From the NCBI RefSeq assembly GCF_028641065.1, contig NC_073381.1, forward strand, positions 16,058,001-16,122,000: a stretch of DNA of 64,000 bases, in the 5' to 3' direction. Source of the stretch: Leucoraja erinacea (taxonomy: Eukaryota). The notes beneath the pieces were generated by a model. That model saw only the letters and a program-made list of their open reading frames with translations. It did not search any database and was not told where the DNA came from. Shown in pieces: positions 48,001-56,010 of the stretch (positions are counted from its first letter, which is position 1; each line of letters begins with the position of its first letter). The translations under genes and the position numbers were made by a program.

Positions 48001-50494
48001 TTGTTCTGTACTTCCCCAACATCGGGAACAATCTTCTAAATTCTAGCGAGTACAAACCGAGTCTTCAAAGTTCCTTTGAAGCTTCATTTAATTGGCTTTT
48101 TTTTTTTTAAATCTCCACATTTCTGTTTCTATCTAATTATTAAGTTCTTATTTTTATTTGATTTCAATTTAAATTGTTTGCCTTGTCATCGATTGTTTGC
48201 CGATGATCTCTGAGCATCACAGAAATGTAGAGAAAATTGAGTGTTGGATTTGAGAACTAGAGGTCATTGGGAAATAAATGAAGTCAATGCAAACAATTTA
48301 TATGTAAAATCAAATAAGAATAATAACTTAATCATTTGCTGGATACAGAAATGTGGAGAACATATTTAGTTTTGGAATTGAGCATCAGAGATCATTGGGA
48401 AGAACTGCATCGGCCTTCTGGATGCTTGGAACCTCTGGACGGCTGTGATGTGGTTGCCAGATGTGTTCCATCAGGCTTTGCACAACCCCTACTCTATTGG
48501 GGTCCATGTTAGGGGCTGACACAAAGTATGGGTCTGGTCTAATATTGTGAAACAAAAGTGATCGGTAATTGGACAGGCAGTTATATAAATGGGCATAGCA
48601 GAATCACAGTGAACAGCTGTTGTTTGAAATAAATTAGAATGGTAGCTATGAGCTACTATTGATGAATTGTGAGTCTGGGAGATGTCATTGTAAATTTTCA
48701 TCAAGCTCTTGTTGAACTTTCTAAGGAGGCAAGGGACAAAGAAATCACACTGGGAGTGAAAGGTGACCAGAGCAAGGAGGAGCAATGGGACCCCTAATGG
48801 GAAGCGTGGGTAGGGATGGGAATGATAAATGGGATCGAATATGTTCAGGGGCCCTGATATCACTCATAGAGGGGAGCCATTGTTCAGTAAAAATAAACAT
48901 AATATGGGGAAAAATGGAACAGAATCCTTAACCAGAACATGGTCAAGATGTCTGTGGGATTTATTTATTTTCTAGAGAGTTAAAGGTTCAAGAGTTCTAG
49001 AGAGTTAAAGAGTAAAAGAACTGGGGCGTTAAAATATGGGCCTTAGAAAGTGAGCAAAGGACTGCGATGCAAAGCTACTAAAAGTTTGAACATTAGCAGG
49101 AGACAGTATAGGTATAATCATTTATGTGTTGGAAAGGGGACTATAGAAGAGCACCTAAACAGTTCTTGAATAAAGGAGGTCTGAAGAATGGTCCTGATAC
49201 GAAACATCACACATCCTTTTCCCCCAGAGATGCTGTGTGACCCGCTGAGTCACTTCAGCAATTTGTGTCTATCTTGAATAAATAATGTTCACATAGCCAG
49301 GATGCCCCTTCACCTGTGCAAAACCTGCAGAGAGGTGTTCAGTGTAAGGGCAAGTTTGAAATGGATGAGGATTGATTAGACCATGATTTAATTTCGTTTT
49401 AAATGGAGGGGTCTGTTCTGGTGGAGAATGGAACTGATAGGGTTTTGGAAGTCCTCAGTGAAAAGCAGACTCTGAGGAACAGGGATTTGGAACTGCTGTA
49501 TGGGGGATGGGGGGGGGGGGGGGTGGGGGAGGGGGTGGGGGGGGGGAGTGGTGAAGGGGGGGGGGGGGGGGGGGGTTACTCTCCTGAGCTGTTGCCTGAA
49601 ACTAGGTATGTTTAACTATATCTCTTGCGTCACTGAATATAAAAAATAACTAAAAAAACAAATAAATAAAACCTTAAAGATAAATAAATAAATAGATGGA
49701 TACGTGAGTAAATAAATAGACAGATAAATAGATAAATGAATCAATCAATAAATGGATGGATAAATAAATAGATGGGCAGATAAATAAATAAATAAATAAA
49801 TAGATAAATAAATAGATGGATAAGTGAGTGAGTGAATTATGCAATTGTGTTTATGTAGTTGTCCTTAGTCATTTGATTGTACGATACGATATGATAGAAT
49901 AGAACTTTGTTTATCCCAGGAGGGAAATTGATCTGCCAACGATCATTAAACACAAGATACCTGAAACATGAAATTAAAGTGACGAATGGAAAGGATTGGG
50001 GATGTCAGGGGTGGGGGGGGAGAGGAGAGTCAGTCTACCCCACGACAGAAGGGGGAGAAGTTATACAGTTTGATAGCCACCTGGAAGAAGGATCTCCTGT
50101 GGCATCCTGTACAGCATCTTGGTGAAACCAGCTTGTGGGATGTGAGATGTAATCTGCATTTCATGTCGTAAACAATGGTTTAACTCATTTAACCTACGAT
50201 CTATGTGTATTCAATCCAGCCTTAGAGTCAAGAAAAGTCCCAAGCCGTCCCACAAGCCGCGCGGGAAGCAAGACTGGCAGCAGAGCAAGCAGTCGCCGGG
50301 GGAGTGATGCTTCCGATTTTGACATTTCAGATATCCAGTCTGTGTGCTCGGATGTTTCGGAGGCAGTGCCTGAAACTAGCAGATCAGGGTCACGAGCAGG
50401 ATCTCGGCCATCTTCAGCGAAAGCATCGAAAATCCCGACACCATCAAGGAGGTCTCCAGCAACTAGCAAACTGAGTGCAACCTCCAAAAGATAG
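2089..50494 (+). CDS. DST: Dystonin (BPAG1, spectraplakin), 3' part of a multi-exon gene; 5' part lies upstream of the window
   Basis: Spliced translation gives spectrin repeats, EF-hands ([26 protein letters not shown]), GAR domain ([27 protein letters not shown]) and GSR tail. Residues such as [38 protein letters not shown] and the ..SKR* end match DST as I recall it rather than MACF1. All exon phases are consistent. Confidence 0.95.
2620..4325 (-). mobile_element. CR1-clade LINE, 5'-truncated, frameshifted ORF2 (RT)
   Basis: ORFs with [48 protein letters not shown] region; internal deletion near 2890; microsatellite tail. Confidence 0.93.
5588..5749 (+). CDS. DST: DST exon ([11 protein letters not shown]...KLTERK)
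   Basis: cag|GAG...AAG|gtgcca, 162 nt. Confidence 0.92.
6108..6420 (-). mobile_element. Rex1/Babar-like LINE 3' fragment
   Basis: (caagtt)n tail, tttattgtca...aatgaaattctt terminal motif, reverse-strand [15 protein letters not shown]-type C-terminus. Confidence 0.75.
7131..7286 (+). CDS. DST: DST exon ([10 protein letters not shown]...FQIDEHK)
   Basis: cag|GTT...AAG|gtaaat, 156 nt. Confidence 0.95.
7390..7596 (+). CDS. DST: DST exon ([11 protein letters not shown]...ARKRAKQ)
   Basis: tag|GTT...CAG|gtatgg, 207 nt, after a 103-nt intron. Confidence 0.95.
7845..8995 (-). mobile_element. CR1-clade LINE 3' part (RT C-terminus and 3'UTR)
   Basis: [38 protein letters not shown] motifs; (ccatataa)n tail. 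Confidence 0.93.
9275..9548 (-). mobile_element. HE1-like tRNA-derived SINE
   Basis: tRNA-like head ggtggcacagcggtagagttgctgc, central V-like domain, LINE-like tail gggcctgtttc...ctaaactaaa. Confidence 0.85.
9847..10280 (-). mobile_element. Rex1/Babar-like LINE 3' end
   Basis: QRVV..AER..G...[18 protein letters not shown]...[13 protein letters not shown] peptide; (agtca)n tail. Confidence 0.85.
10587..10706 (+). CDS. DST: DST exon ([16 protein letters not shown]...QLANHK)
   Basis: tag|TTC...AAG|gtgatg, 120 nt. Confidence 0.95.
11345..11792 (-). mobile_element. L1/Tx1-like LINE 3' end
   Basis: A-rich tail (tttatt on +); reverse-strand [22 protein letters not shown] resembles an L1 ORF2 C-terminus; related tail at 13520-13800. 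Confidence 0.55.
11848..12017 (+). CDS. DST: DST exon ([10 protein letters not shown]...GKSVER)
   Basis: cag|GAG...AG|gtaaag, 170 nt, ends phase 2. Confidence 0.95.
13152..13462 (+). mobile_element. HE1-like SINE with a small pLTR-derived insertion (13345-13378)
   Basis: A-box ggtggcacagtagtag, B-box ggttcgatcc, tail gggccgaagggcc...ctaaactaaa; insertion flanked by gtagaactagtgt duplication. Confidence 0.85.
13825..14028 (+). mobile_element. CR1 3' tail, (ttctatgt)n subfamily; near-identical copies at 14866-15073(-), 21766-22016(+), 23262-23550(+), 35913-36160(+), 47704-48062(-), 60798-61034(+)
   Basis: gaggccagttcattggctatatttaagagggagttagatg...ctactcctgcacc repeated almost verbatim. Confidence 0.88.
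15085..15370 (-). mobile_element. HE1-like SINE
   Basis: Reverse complement of the same head, V-domain and tail. Confidence 0.82.
18232..18391 (+). CDS. DST: DST exon ([14 protein letters not shown]...LIDAHK)
   Basis: cag|A CAG...AAG|gtattg, 160 nt. Confidence 0.95.
18959..19153 (+). CDS. DST: DST exon ([10 protein letters not shown]...LEQALKQ)
   Basis: cag|GTC...CAG|gtaaga, 195 nt. Confidence 0.95.
19241..20128 (-). mobile_element. GC-rich non-autonomous element with Rex1-type 3' end (copy 1), nested in a HER1-like tail
   Basis: (agagtc)n tail; shares hairpins and sub-repeats with 24644-25480 and 34215-34905; internal (CAG)n at 19755-19808. Confidence 0.75.
21049..21177 (+). CDS. DST: DST exon (AEEFHSAVH...LINQHK)
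   Basis: cag|GCT...AAG|gttgga, 129 nt. Confidence 0.95.
22575..22890 (-). mobile_element. Degenerate Rex1-like LINE 3' ORF fragment
   Basis: [22 protein letters not shown]...HCLGKA..I...FHP.HSL type peptide. Confidence 0.7.
22972..23115 (+). CDS. DST: DST exon (EFVKKLEEK...QARFEE)
   Basis: aag|GAG...GAG|gtaact, 144 nt. Confidence 0.94.
23880..24390 (-). mobile_element. Degenerate RTE-clade LINE fragment
   Basis: Resembles an RTE RT segment on the reverse strand; no intact ORF. Confidence 0.4.
24450..24638 (+). CDS. DST: DST exon (VTAWSKQHQ...LIAEHQ)
   Basis: cag|GTA...CAG|gtaatc, 189 nt. Confidence 0.94.
24644..25480 (-). mobile_element. GC-rich non-autonomous Rex1-tailed element (copy 2)
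   Basis: (caata)n tail begins at +6 of the exon 24450-24638 donor; same internal blocks as copy 1. Confidence 0.75.
26151..26277 (+). CDS. DST: DST exon ([15 protein letters not shown]...EKGRS)
   Basis: cag|ACG...TCA A|gtgagt, 127 nt, ends phase 1. Confidence 0.94.
26543..26980 (+). mobile_element. HE1-like SINE interrupted by a short LINE tail (26718-26855)
   Basis: ggcggcacggtggcgtagcggtagag A-box, ggttcgatcc B-box. Confidence 0.85.
28091..28140. repeat. (GT)n microsatellite
   Basis: Directly visible from 28111, preceded by TA-rich sequence. Confidence 0.9.
28287..28447 (+). CDS. DST: DST exon (RKRLPT...ETKNPR...LDRLEE)
   Basis: tag|GG...GAG|gtgagc, 161 nt. Confidence 0.94.
29558..29720 (+). 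CDS. DST: DST exon, EF-hand 1 (LREFANFDF...[20 protein letters not shown])
   Basis: cag|CTG...TCA A|gtgagt, 163 nt. Confidence 0.96.
29776..30220 (-). mobile_element. Bipartite RTE-derived non-autonomous element (5'UTR fused to 3' end)
   Basis: Reverse strand begins with an RTE-type 5'UTR (ccttctcgtggtcggggagcttgtgcgtctcagtgacccctagagctatg) and ends with [21 protein letters not shown] plus (taag)n tail. Confidence 0.7.
31660..31965 (+). mobile_element. HE1-like SINE, near full length
   Basis: A/B boxes, V-domain, ctaaactaaacta tail. Confidence 0.88.
32343..32497 (+). CDS. DST: DST exon, EF-hand 2 (KFPTSRLEM...[13 protein letters not shown]...KIEDE)
   Basis: cag|AG...GAG|gtatac, 155 nt. Confidence 0.96.
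32754..32828 (+). CDS. DST: DST exon, GAR domain N-part ([25 protein letters not shown])
   Basis: tag|GTG...AGG|gtgagt, 75 nt. Confidence 0.96.
34215..34905 (-). mobile_element. GC-rich non-autonomous Rex1-tailed element (copy 3), 5' end cut by a CR1 tail at 34910-35067
   Basis: (aatcag)n tail, ccaccacagtga...cactgtgatgg hairpin, poly-C segment as in copies 1 and 2. Confidence 0.65.
36315..36850 (-). mobile_element. CR1 LINE 3' end
   Basis: [24 protein letters not shown]...FFSQRVV..WNSLPQ ORF and 3'UTR. Confidence 0.9.
37188..38446. mobile_element. Non-autonomous Tc1/mariner-superfamily (pogo/Tc2-like) DNA transposon
   Basis: TA|CTGTATTTCCCGGCAATGAAGACGC ... GCATCTTCATGACCGGGAAATATGG|TA imperfect TIRs with TA TSD. 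Confidence 0.75.
39080..39190 (-). mobile_element. Penelope pLTR-derived repeat with intact minimal hammerhead core (39143-39176)
   Basis: Reverse strand AGT CTGAAGA A GGGTT TT GGCCC GAAAC GTT GCC. Confidence 0.75.
39363..39380 (+). CDS. DST: DST 18-nt microexon FFLGNQ within the GAR domain
   Basis: ACTAAT at 39323, pyrimidine tract, tag|TTC TTC TTG GGA AAT CAG|gtacag; matches the FFLGNQ insert of vertebrate DST/MACF1. Confidence 0.9.
39779..39896 (+). CDS. DST: DST exon, GAR domain C-part ([11 protein letters not shown]...KNDPCR)
   Basis: tag|TTT...AGA G|gtaggt, 118 nt. Confidence 0.96.
40336..40656 (+). mobile_element. Solo LTR (Gypsy-like), 321 bp
   Basis: TGTGGCG...CGCTACA termini, 4-bp TSD GCAG (40332-35 and 40657-60), AATAAA at 40593, TGACGTCA at 40404. 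Confidence 0.8.
41243..41311 (+). CDS. DST: DST cassette exon ([23 protein letters not shown])
   Basis: cag|TT...ATA G|gttggc, 69 nt, phase 1/1; resembles the mammalian DST insert [17 protein letters not shown]. Confidence 0.88.
   Translation, partial: FIIMEVKCCIRNQTLQLPVSLL
42090..42283 (+). CDS. DST: DST exon ([13 protein letters not shown]...TSTPPK)
   Basis: cag|CC...AAG|gtagtg, 194 nt. Confidence 0.95.
42548..42736. mobile_element. Penelope pLTR-derived hairpin insertion with 15-bp TSD
   Basis: TSD atggagtattgacaa at 42533-47 and 42737-51; 74-bp inverted arms. Confidence 0.85.
42968..43078 (+). CDS. DST: DST cassette exon ([18 protein letters not shown]...VPSPE)
   Basis: cag|ACA...GAG|gtatag, 111 nt, phase 0/0; [12 protein letters not shown] motif recalled from DST long isoforms. 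Confidence 0.88.
44939..45346 (-). mobile_element. Tc1-like (IR/DR type) transposon end with transposase C-terminus
   Basis: TA|CAGTGCATTCAGAAAG..TTCAGACCCC TIR, inner DR aagtattcagaccc at ~45089; reverse-strand VNVLDWPSQ...[20 protein letters not shown]...[19 protein letters not shown]. Confidence 0.88.
45346..45517 (-). mobile_element. HE1-like SINE 5' part
   Basis: tRNA-like head and V-domain on reverse strand. Confidence 0.82.
46994..47117 (+). CDS. DST: DST penultimate exon ([23 protein letters not shown]...RVP)
   Basis: tag|GTA...CCA G|gtcagt, 124 nt. Confidence 0.93.
49660..49830. repeat. (TAAA)/(TAGA) compound tetranucleotide repeat; poly-G tract upstream at 49502-49575
   Basis: Directly visible. 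Confidence 0.9.
50220..50494 (+). CDS. DST: DST last coding exon: GSR repeats, SKIP EB1-binding motif, stop
   Basis: cag|CC TTA GAG TCA AGA AAA...[23 protein letters not shown]...ASKIPTP...TSKR TAG; alternative in-frame acceptor at 50226. Confidence 0.94.
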
Positions 50495-51570
50495 TGTGAT
50501 CTCAGCGACGACCTCCAAAGTAATACCATGATGCAGACCGTGGGATGTAAAATAATCTGTAGAATCTGTTGTGAAATATTGCAAGAAGTGGACTTTTGAT
50601 GCTGCAGAATGGCCTTATTTGTGCGTTTGTCTTGTAAGGTATATTATTTTATGTGAATAAATTTTCTGTTCCTTTTTTTTCCTTGATGCCATATCCTCTG
50701 GAGGGAAAATTAAAAGAGCTTTTAAGAAAGATGTAAGTTAAACTAATATTTTTACATGTAATGTAGAATTGGGTAACTATTGCTGAAAGCGGTTTCTGAA
50801 TGTACGACTGTAAAAACAAAGCCCCAGGAACACGTCTTGTCAGTTAGCAGGCAGGTTTGCCAACAACTCTGATTACCTCATGTACAATTCTAATGAGGCA
50901 ATGCTGAATATTATGAAATAACTTTATTTGCTCGGCGCTGATATTTTCTGAATTAAATACAAAGCAAATGTCTGTGTCCCAGGTAAAAAGGGATGTAAAA
51001 TGCCTATCAGCATTACCTTCATGTAGCAAATCGAATTTACTCTCAACTGTTCAGTTAACACATTCATGTCGGCTGTGAAGAAGACACTTTAAACCCCCCC
51101 CCCTCCCCGCAACATTTTTGTGCCATTTTATTTTGCTGAAATCAAACTGCCATTATTAAAACTCTCCTGCCCTCCCACAAGAAGTAATTTGTACTACTAA
51201 TAATTAATATATTAAGTATGAAGTGTTAATGTCAATGTGAAATTTTCTTTTGCTTGAGTGGAAGACAATTGTACCATTGATCCCATTTTGTATTAAAGCA
51301 AAGTTGCTTGCAATGAGTCTAAAACTGAATCATCCATGTTTGTTCCTTTAATGGTAATAGTTCACAATCTTCTATTTTAATGGTAATATTCACAATCGTT
51401 TTTAAAAATTAAAGCAAATGGCAATTTGCTGATGCCGGTAAAATGAGTAGGAATTCCCACTGGTGCTGAAATTCTTTTCTAAATATAAACGTTTTGTTTG
51501 AGCTTCACTTTATCAATGTCAAGATTGTAGATTTGCGTCTCAGAATTAAGGTGCAATAACACATTCTACA
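50495..51570 (+). other. DST: DST 3'UTR (approximate end)
   Basis: AT-rich, TE-free stretch after the stop; AATAAA at 50656-50661, ATTAAA at 50952, 51292 and ~51408; true cleavage site not determinable. Confidence 0.6.
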
Positions 51571-52064
51571 TTTTACACCATCTTTCCATCCGAGAAACCC
51601 ATGGGGAGAAGACTGGGCATTGAGCCTGAGGGAGATATTAAAAGAGAAAAAAGGTTTGGCCAAACATTGATATTTGAGGATCTTAAAGGAGGTCCATAAG
51701 ATCCAGGACGGTTACCCAAATGTGAGACCAAGCAACTGAAAGCACGATAGTAATGCGTGGGGTAAAAGAAAGGTGCAGGAATCAAGAATGAAGACTTTGA
51801 GAAGAACTGGACAATGGTTATTTGTTTGTGATTTGGACATGGCTGACTATTTGTTCCTATCCTCAAGAAGATGGAGATGAGCCCCTTCCCTGAACTGTTG
51901 AAGTACATGTGTATACATATTTATATATTTCCAAAGATAGATACAACAAGCTCTGGAGTAACTCAGCAGGTCAGACAGCACCTCTGGTGAAAACCAATAG
52001 GTGACATTTCGGGTCGAGACCATTTTTCAGACTGCGAGTCGGGGCAAAGATCAATGAGAGATAG

Positions 52065-52890
52065 ATGTTTAAGAAAGAACTGCAGATGCTGGAAAAATCG
52101 AAGGTAGAATGTAGATTGGTTTATGCATGCAATGTCAAAAAGCTGGAGAGGCAGCATCTATGGAGCGAAAGAATGGGTGACGTTCGGGTCGAGACCCTTC
52201 TTCAGACTGATGTGGGGGGGGGGGGGGGGGGGGAAGAAGAAAGGAAGAAGTGGAGACAGTAGGCTGTGGGAGAGCTGGGGAGGGGGAGGAGGGAGAAAGC
52301 AGGGACTACCTGAAATTGGAGGTCAATGTTCATACTGCTGGGGTGTAAACTACCCAAGCGAAATATGAAGTGTTGCTTCTCCAATTTGCGGTGGGACTCA
52401 CTCTGGCCATGGAGGAGGCCCAGGACAGAAAGGTCGGATTCGGAATGGGAGGGGAAGTTGAAGTGCTGAGCCACCGGGAGATCGGGTTGGTTATTGCGAA
52501 CTGTGCGGAGGTGTTGGGTGAACCGATCGCCAAGCCTGCACTTAGTTTCACCGATGTAGAGCAGTTGACACCTAGAACAGCGGATGCAATAGATGAGGTT
52601 GGAGCAGGTGCAGGTGAACCTCTGCCTCACCCGGAAAGACTGCTTAGCTCCTTGGATGGAGTCAAGGGAGGGAGGTAATGCGACAAGTGTAGCATTTCCT
52701 GCGGTTGCAAGGGAAAGTAGCAGGGGATGGGGTGGTTTGGGTGGGAAAGGACGAATTGACGGAGGGAGTGGTCTGCGGAAAGCCGGAAGGGGAGATGGGA
52801 AGATGTGGCCAATGGTGGGATCCCGTTGGAGGCACCTCATCCTGGGTGCAGATGTAACGTGGACTGAGGAATTGGGAGTAGGGGATAGAG
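52065..52890 (-). mobile_element. Penelope-like element: GIY-YIG endonuclease region plus pLTR with hammerhead core
   Basis: FTCTCSNLIYCIRCSRCQLLYIGETKCRLGDRF..HL...LPVAQHFN...HRKLEKQHFIFRLGSL; hammerhead-like motif at 52176-52209. Confidence 0.9.
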
Positions 52891-53963
52891 GACGGAGGTG
52901 TTCCAAACCAGGGCATCGTGGATGTCCTCATTCTTTAGGGAATGGGGGTTCCAGTCTTCTACTATAGATGAGGCTCTCACCAGGGTCTCCTCTACATCCC
53001 GTAGCTCCGCCGGGACCCGTTAATCTTTACTCTTTGTTTCCTGTCTGCCAACCAATTTTCTATCCATGTCAGCACTCTACTCCCAATACCATGTGCCCTA
53101 ATTTTTCCCACTAATCTCCTATGTGGGACTTTACCAAATGCTTTCTGAAAGTCCAGGTACACTACATCCACTGGCTCTCCCTTGTCCATTTTCCTAGTTA
53201 CATCCTCAAAAATTTCCCGAAGATTAGTCAACCATGATTTCCCCTTTGTAAATCAATACTGACTCAAACCGATCCTGTTACTGCTATCCAAATGTGCCGC
53301 TATTTCATCTTTTATGATTCACTCCAGCATCTTCCCCACCACCGATGTCAGGCAAACTGGTCTATAATTCCCTGTTTTCTCTCTCCCGCCTTTCTTAAAA
53401 AGTGGGATAACATTAGCTACCCTCCAATCCACAGGAACTGATCCTGAATCTATAGAACATTGGAAAATTAACACCAATGTGTCTACAATTTCTAGAGCCA
53501 CTTCCTTAAGTACCCTGGGATGCAGACCACCAGGCCCTGGGGATTTATCAGCCTTCATTTCCTGCCTAATGTGGATTTCCTTCAGTTCCTCTGTCACCCC
53601 AGATCCCCTGGTCACTAGAACATCATGCAGATTGTTTGTGTCCTCCTTAGTGAAGACAGATGCAAAGTACCTGCTCAACCCATCTGCCATTTCCATGTTC
53701 CCCATAATAAATTCATCTTTTTCAGTCTTCAAGGGTCCAACTTTGGTCTTAACTATTTTTTTCCTCTTCACATACCTAAAGAAGCTTTTACTATCCTTCT
53801 TTATATTCTTGGCTAGCTTACCTTCATACTTCATCTTTTCTCCCTATATTGCCTTTTTAGAAGGTTCGGCCCGAAACGTTGCCTTTTTCCTTCGCTCCAT
53901 AGATGCTGCTACACCCGCTGAGTTTCTCCAGCTTTTTAGTGTACCTTTGCCTTTTTAGTTATT

Positions 53964-55555
53964 TAGGTGGCCGATTGGGAAAGGGGGAGATGCAGCGAGA
54001 CCTAGGTTTCATGGTACACCAGTCATTGAAGGTAGGCATGCAGGTGCAGCAGGCAGTAAAGAAAGCGAATGGTATGTTAGCTTTCATTGCAAAAGGATTT
54101 GAGTATAAGAGCAGGGAGGTTCTACTGCAGTTGTACAGGGTCTTGGTGAGACCACACCTGGAGTATTGCGTACAGTTTTGGTCTCCAAATCTGAGGAAGG
54201 ACATTATTGCCATAGAGGGAGTGCAGAGACGGTTCACCAGACTGATTCCTGGGATGTCAGGACTGTCTTATGAAGAAAGACTGGATAGACTTGGTTTATA
54301 CTCTCTAGAATTTAGAAGATTTAGAGGGGATCTTATAGAAACTTACAAAATTCTTAAGGGGTTGGACAGGCTAGATGCAGGAAGATTGTTCCCGATGTTA
54401 GGGAAGTCCAGGACAAGGGGTCACAGCTTAAGGATAAGGGGGAAATCCTTTAAAACCGAGATGAGAAGAACTTTTTTCACACAGAGAGTGGTGAATCTCT
54501 GGAACTCTCTGCCACAGAGGGTAGTTGAGGCCAGTTCATTGGCTATATTTAAGAGGGAGTTAGATGTGGCCCTTGTGGCTAAGGGGATCAGGGGGTATGG
54601 TGTGCAGTCATAGGTGAAGAGGGAGTAGAGGAGGGGGCTCAGCACACAGCCCTGTGGAACGCCGGTGTTCAGGGTGAGGGTTGAAGAGGTGTGCTTGTCT
54701 AACCTCACAGACTGGGGTCTGTTGGTTAGAAAGTCCAGTATCCAGTTGCAGAGGGAGGGGTCGATGCCCAGGTTACCGAGTTTGGTGATCAGTTTTGATG
54801 GTATAATGGTGTTGAATGCTGAGCTGTAATCGATGAACAGCATTCTTACGTAAGTGTCTCTGTTGTCGAGGTGGGAGAGGGCGGAGTGAAGTGCCGTTGA
54901 GATGGCATCCTCCGTACTCCTGTTCTAGCGGTAGGCAAACTGATAGGGATCCAGTGTGGGGGGTAGGCAGCTTTTGAGGTGTGCCAGGACCAGCCTCTCA
55001 AAGCACTTGGTGATGATGGGGGTAAGTGCAACTGGGCGGAAGTCGTTGAGGCTTGCCGCAGTGGAGTGTTTTGGCACTGGCACGATGGAGGTGGTTTTGA
55101 GGCAAGTGGGGACAACTGCTTGGGCAAGTGACAGGTTGAAGATGTCAGTCCAGACGTCTGTCAGCTGCGCAGCACAGGCCCTGAGCACGTGCCCGGGGAT
55201 GCCGTCAGGGCCAGCAGCCTTACGTGCATTAGTCCTACTCAGTGCCACGTACACGTCGTAGGGGGTGAGTGTGAGGGGTTGGTGATCGGCAGGTAGCACA
55301 GCCTTGATGGCTGTCTCTAGATTGTCCCTGTCGAAGCGGCCATAGAAGTGATTAAGCTCCTCAAGGAAGGAGGCGTCACTGGATGTGGGGGTGATGTTGG
55401 AGGGTCTGTAGTCCGTGATGGCCTGGATGCCTTGCCACATGCGTCGGGGGTCGGAGTTGTTGTTGAAGTGTTGTTGAAGCCATGATCATATTGAATGGCC
55501 GTGCAGGCTCGAAGGGCCGAATGGCCTACTCCTGCACCTAATTTCTATGTTTCTG
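53964..55555 (+). mobile_element. CR1 3' end interrupted by a Rex1 fragment
   Basis: 236-aa ORF (LYRVLVRPHLEYCVQFWSP...); 3'UTR resumes at ~55478. Confidence 0.88.
54601..55475 (-). mobile_element. Rex1/Babar LINE reverse transcriptase fragment
   Basis: [72 protein letters not shown]. Confidence 0.92.
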
Positions 55556-56010
55556 TTTCTGTTGCTCTTTAAACATTACCCAATCCTCTTGCTTCCAGCT
55601 CATCTTTGCTATGTTGTACTTCTTCTCTTTTATTTTTATAATGTCCCTGACTTCCCTTGTCAGCCACGATCGCCCCTTACTCCCCTTGGAATCTCTTCTC
55701 CTGTTTGGAATGAACTGATGCTGCATCTTCTGTATTATTCCCAGAAATACCTGCCATTGTTGTTTCACTGTCATCCCTGCTAGGATATCTATCCAGTCAA
55801 CTTTAGCCTGCTCCTCCTTCATGGCTTCATAGTCCACTTTGTTCTACTGTCAATGTTCATACCACTGGGGGTAAACTGCCCAAGCAAAATCTGAGGTGCT
55901 GCTCCTCCAATTTGCAGTGGGACTCACTCTGGCCATGGAGGAGGCCCAGGACAGAAAGGTCGGATTTGGAATGGGAGGGAGAGTTGAAGTGCTGAGCCAC
56001 CGGGAGATCG

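Larger units (their letters stand above)
53012..55847 (-). mobile_element. CR1 ORF2 middle part, split by nested insertions (53861-55555)
   Basis: ORFs 55538-55837, 53319-53834 and 52992-53231 are consecutive CR1 ORF2 segments. Confidence 0.85.

Noticed and set aside
2089-50494. MACF1 as the gene identity
   Set aside because: Diagnostic stretches ([15 protein letters not shown], GSKLRxPGYLSGK, SDFDISxIQSVCSD, terminal SKR) fit DST better
50194-50529. 111-aa minus-strand ORF
   Set aside because: Antisense shadow of the DST last exon
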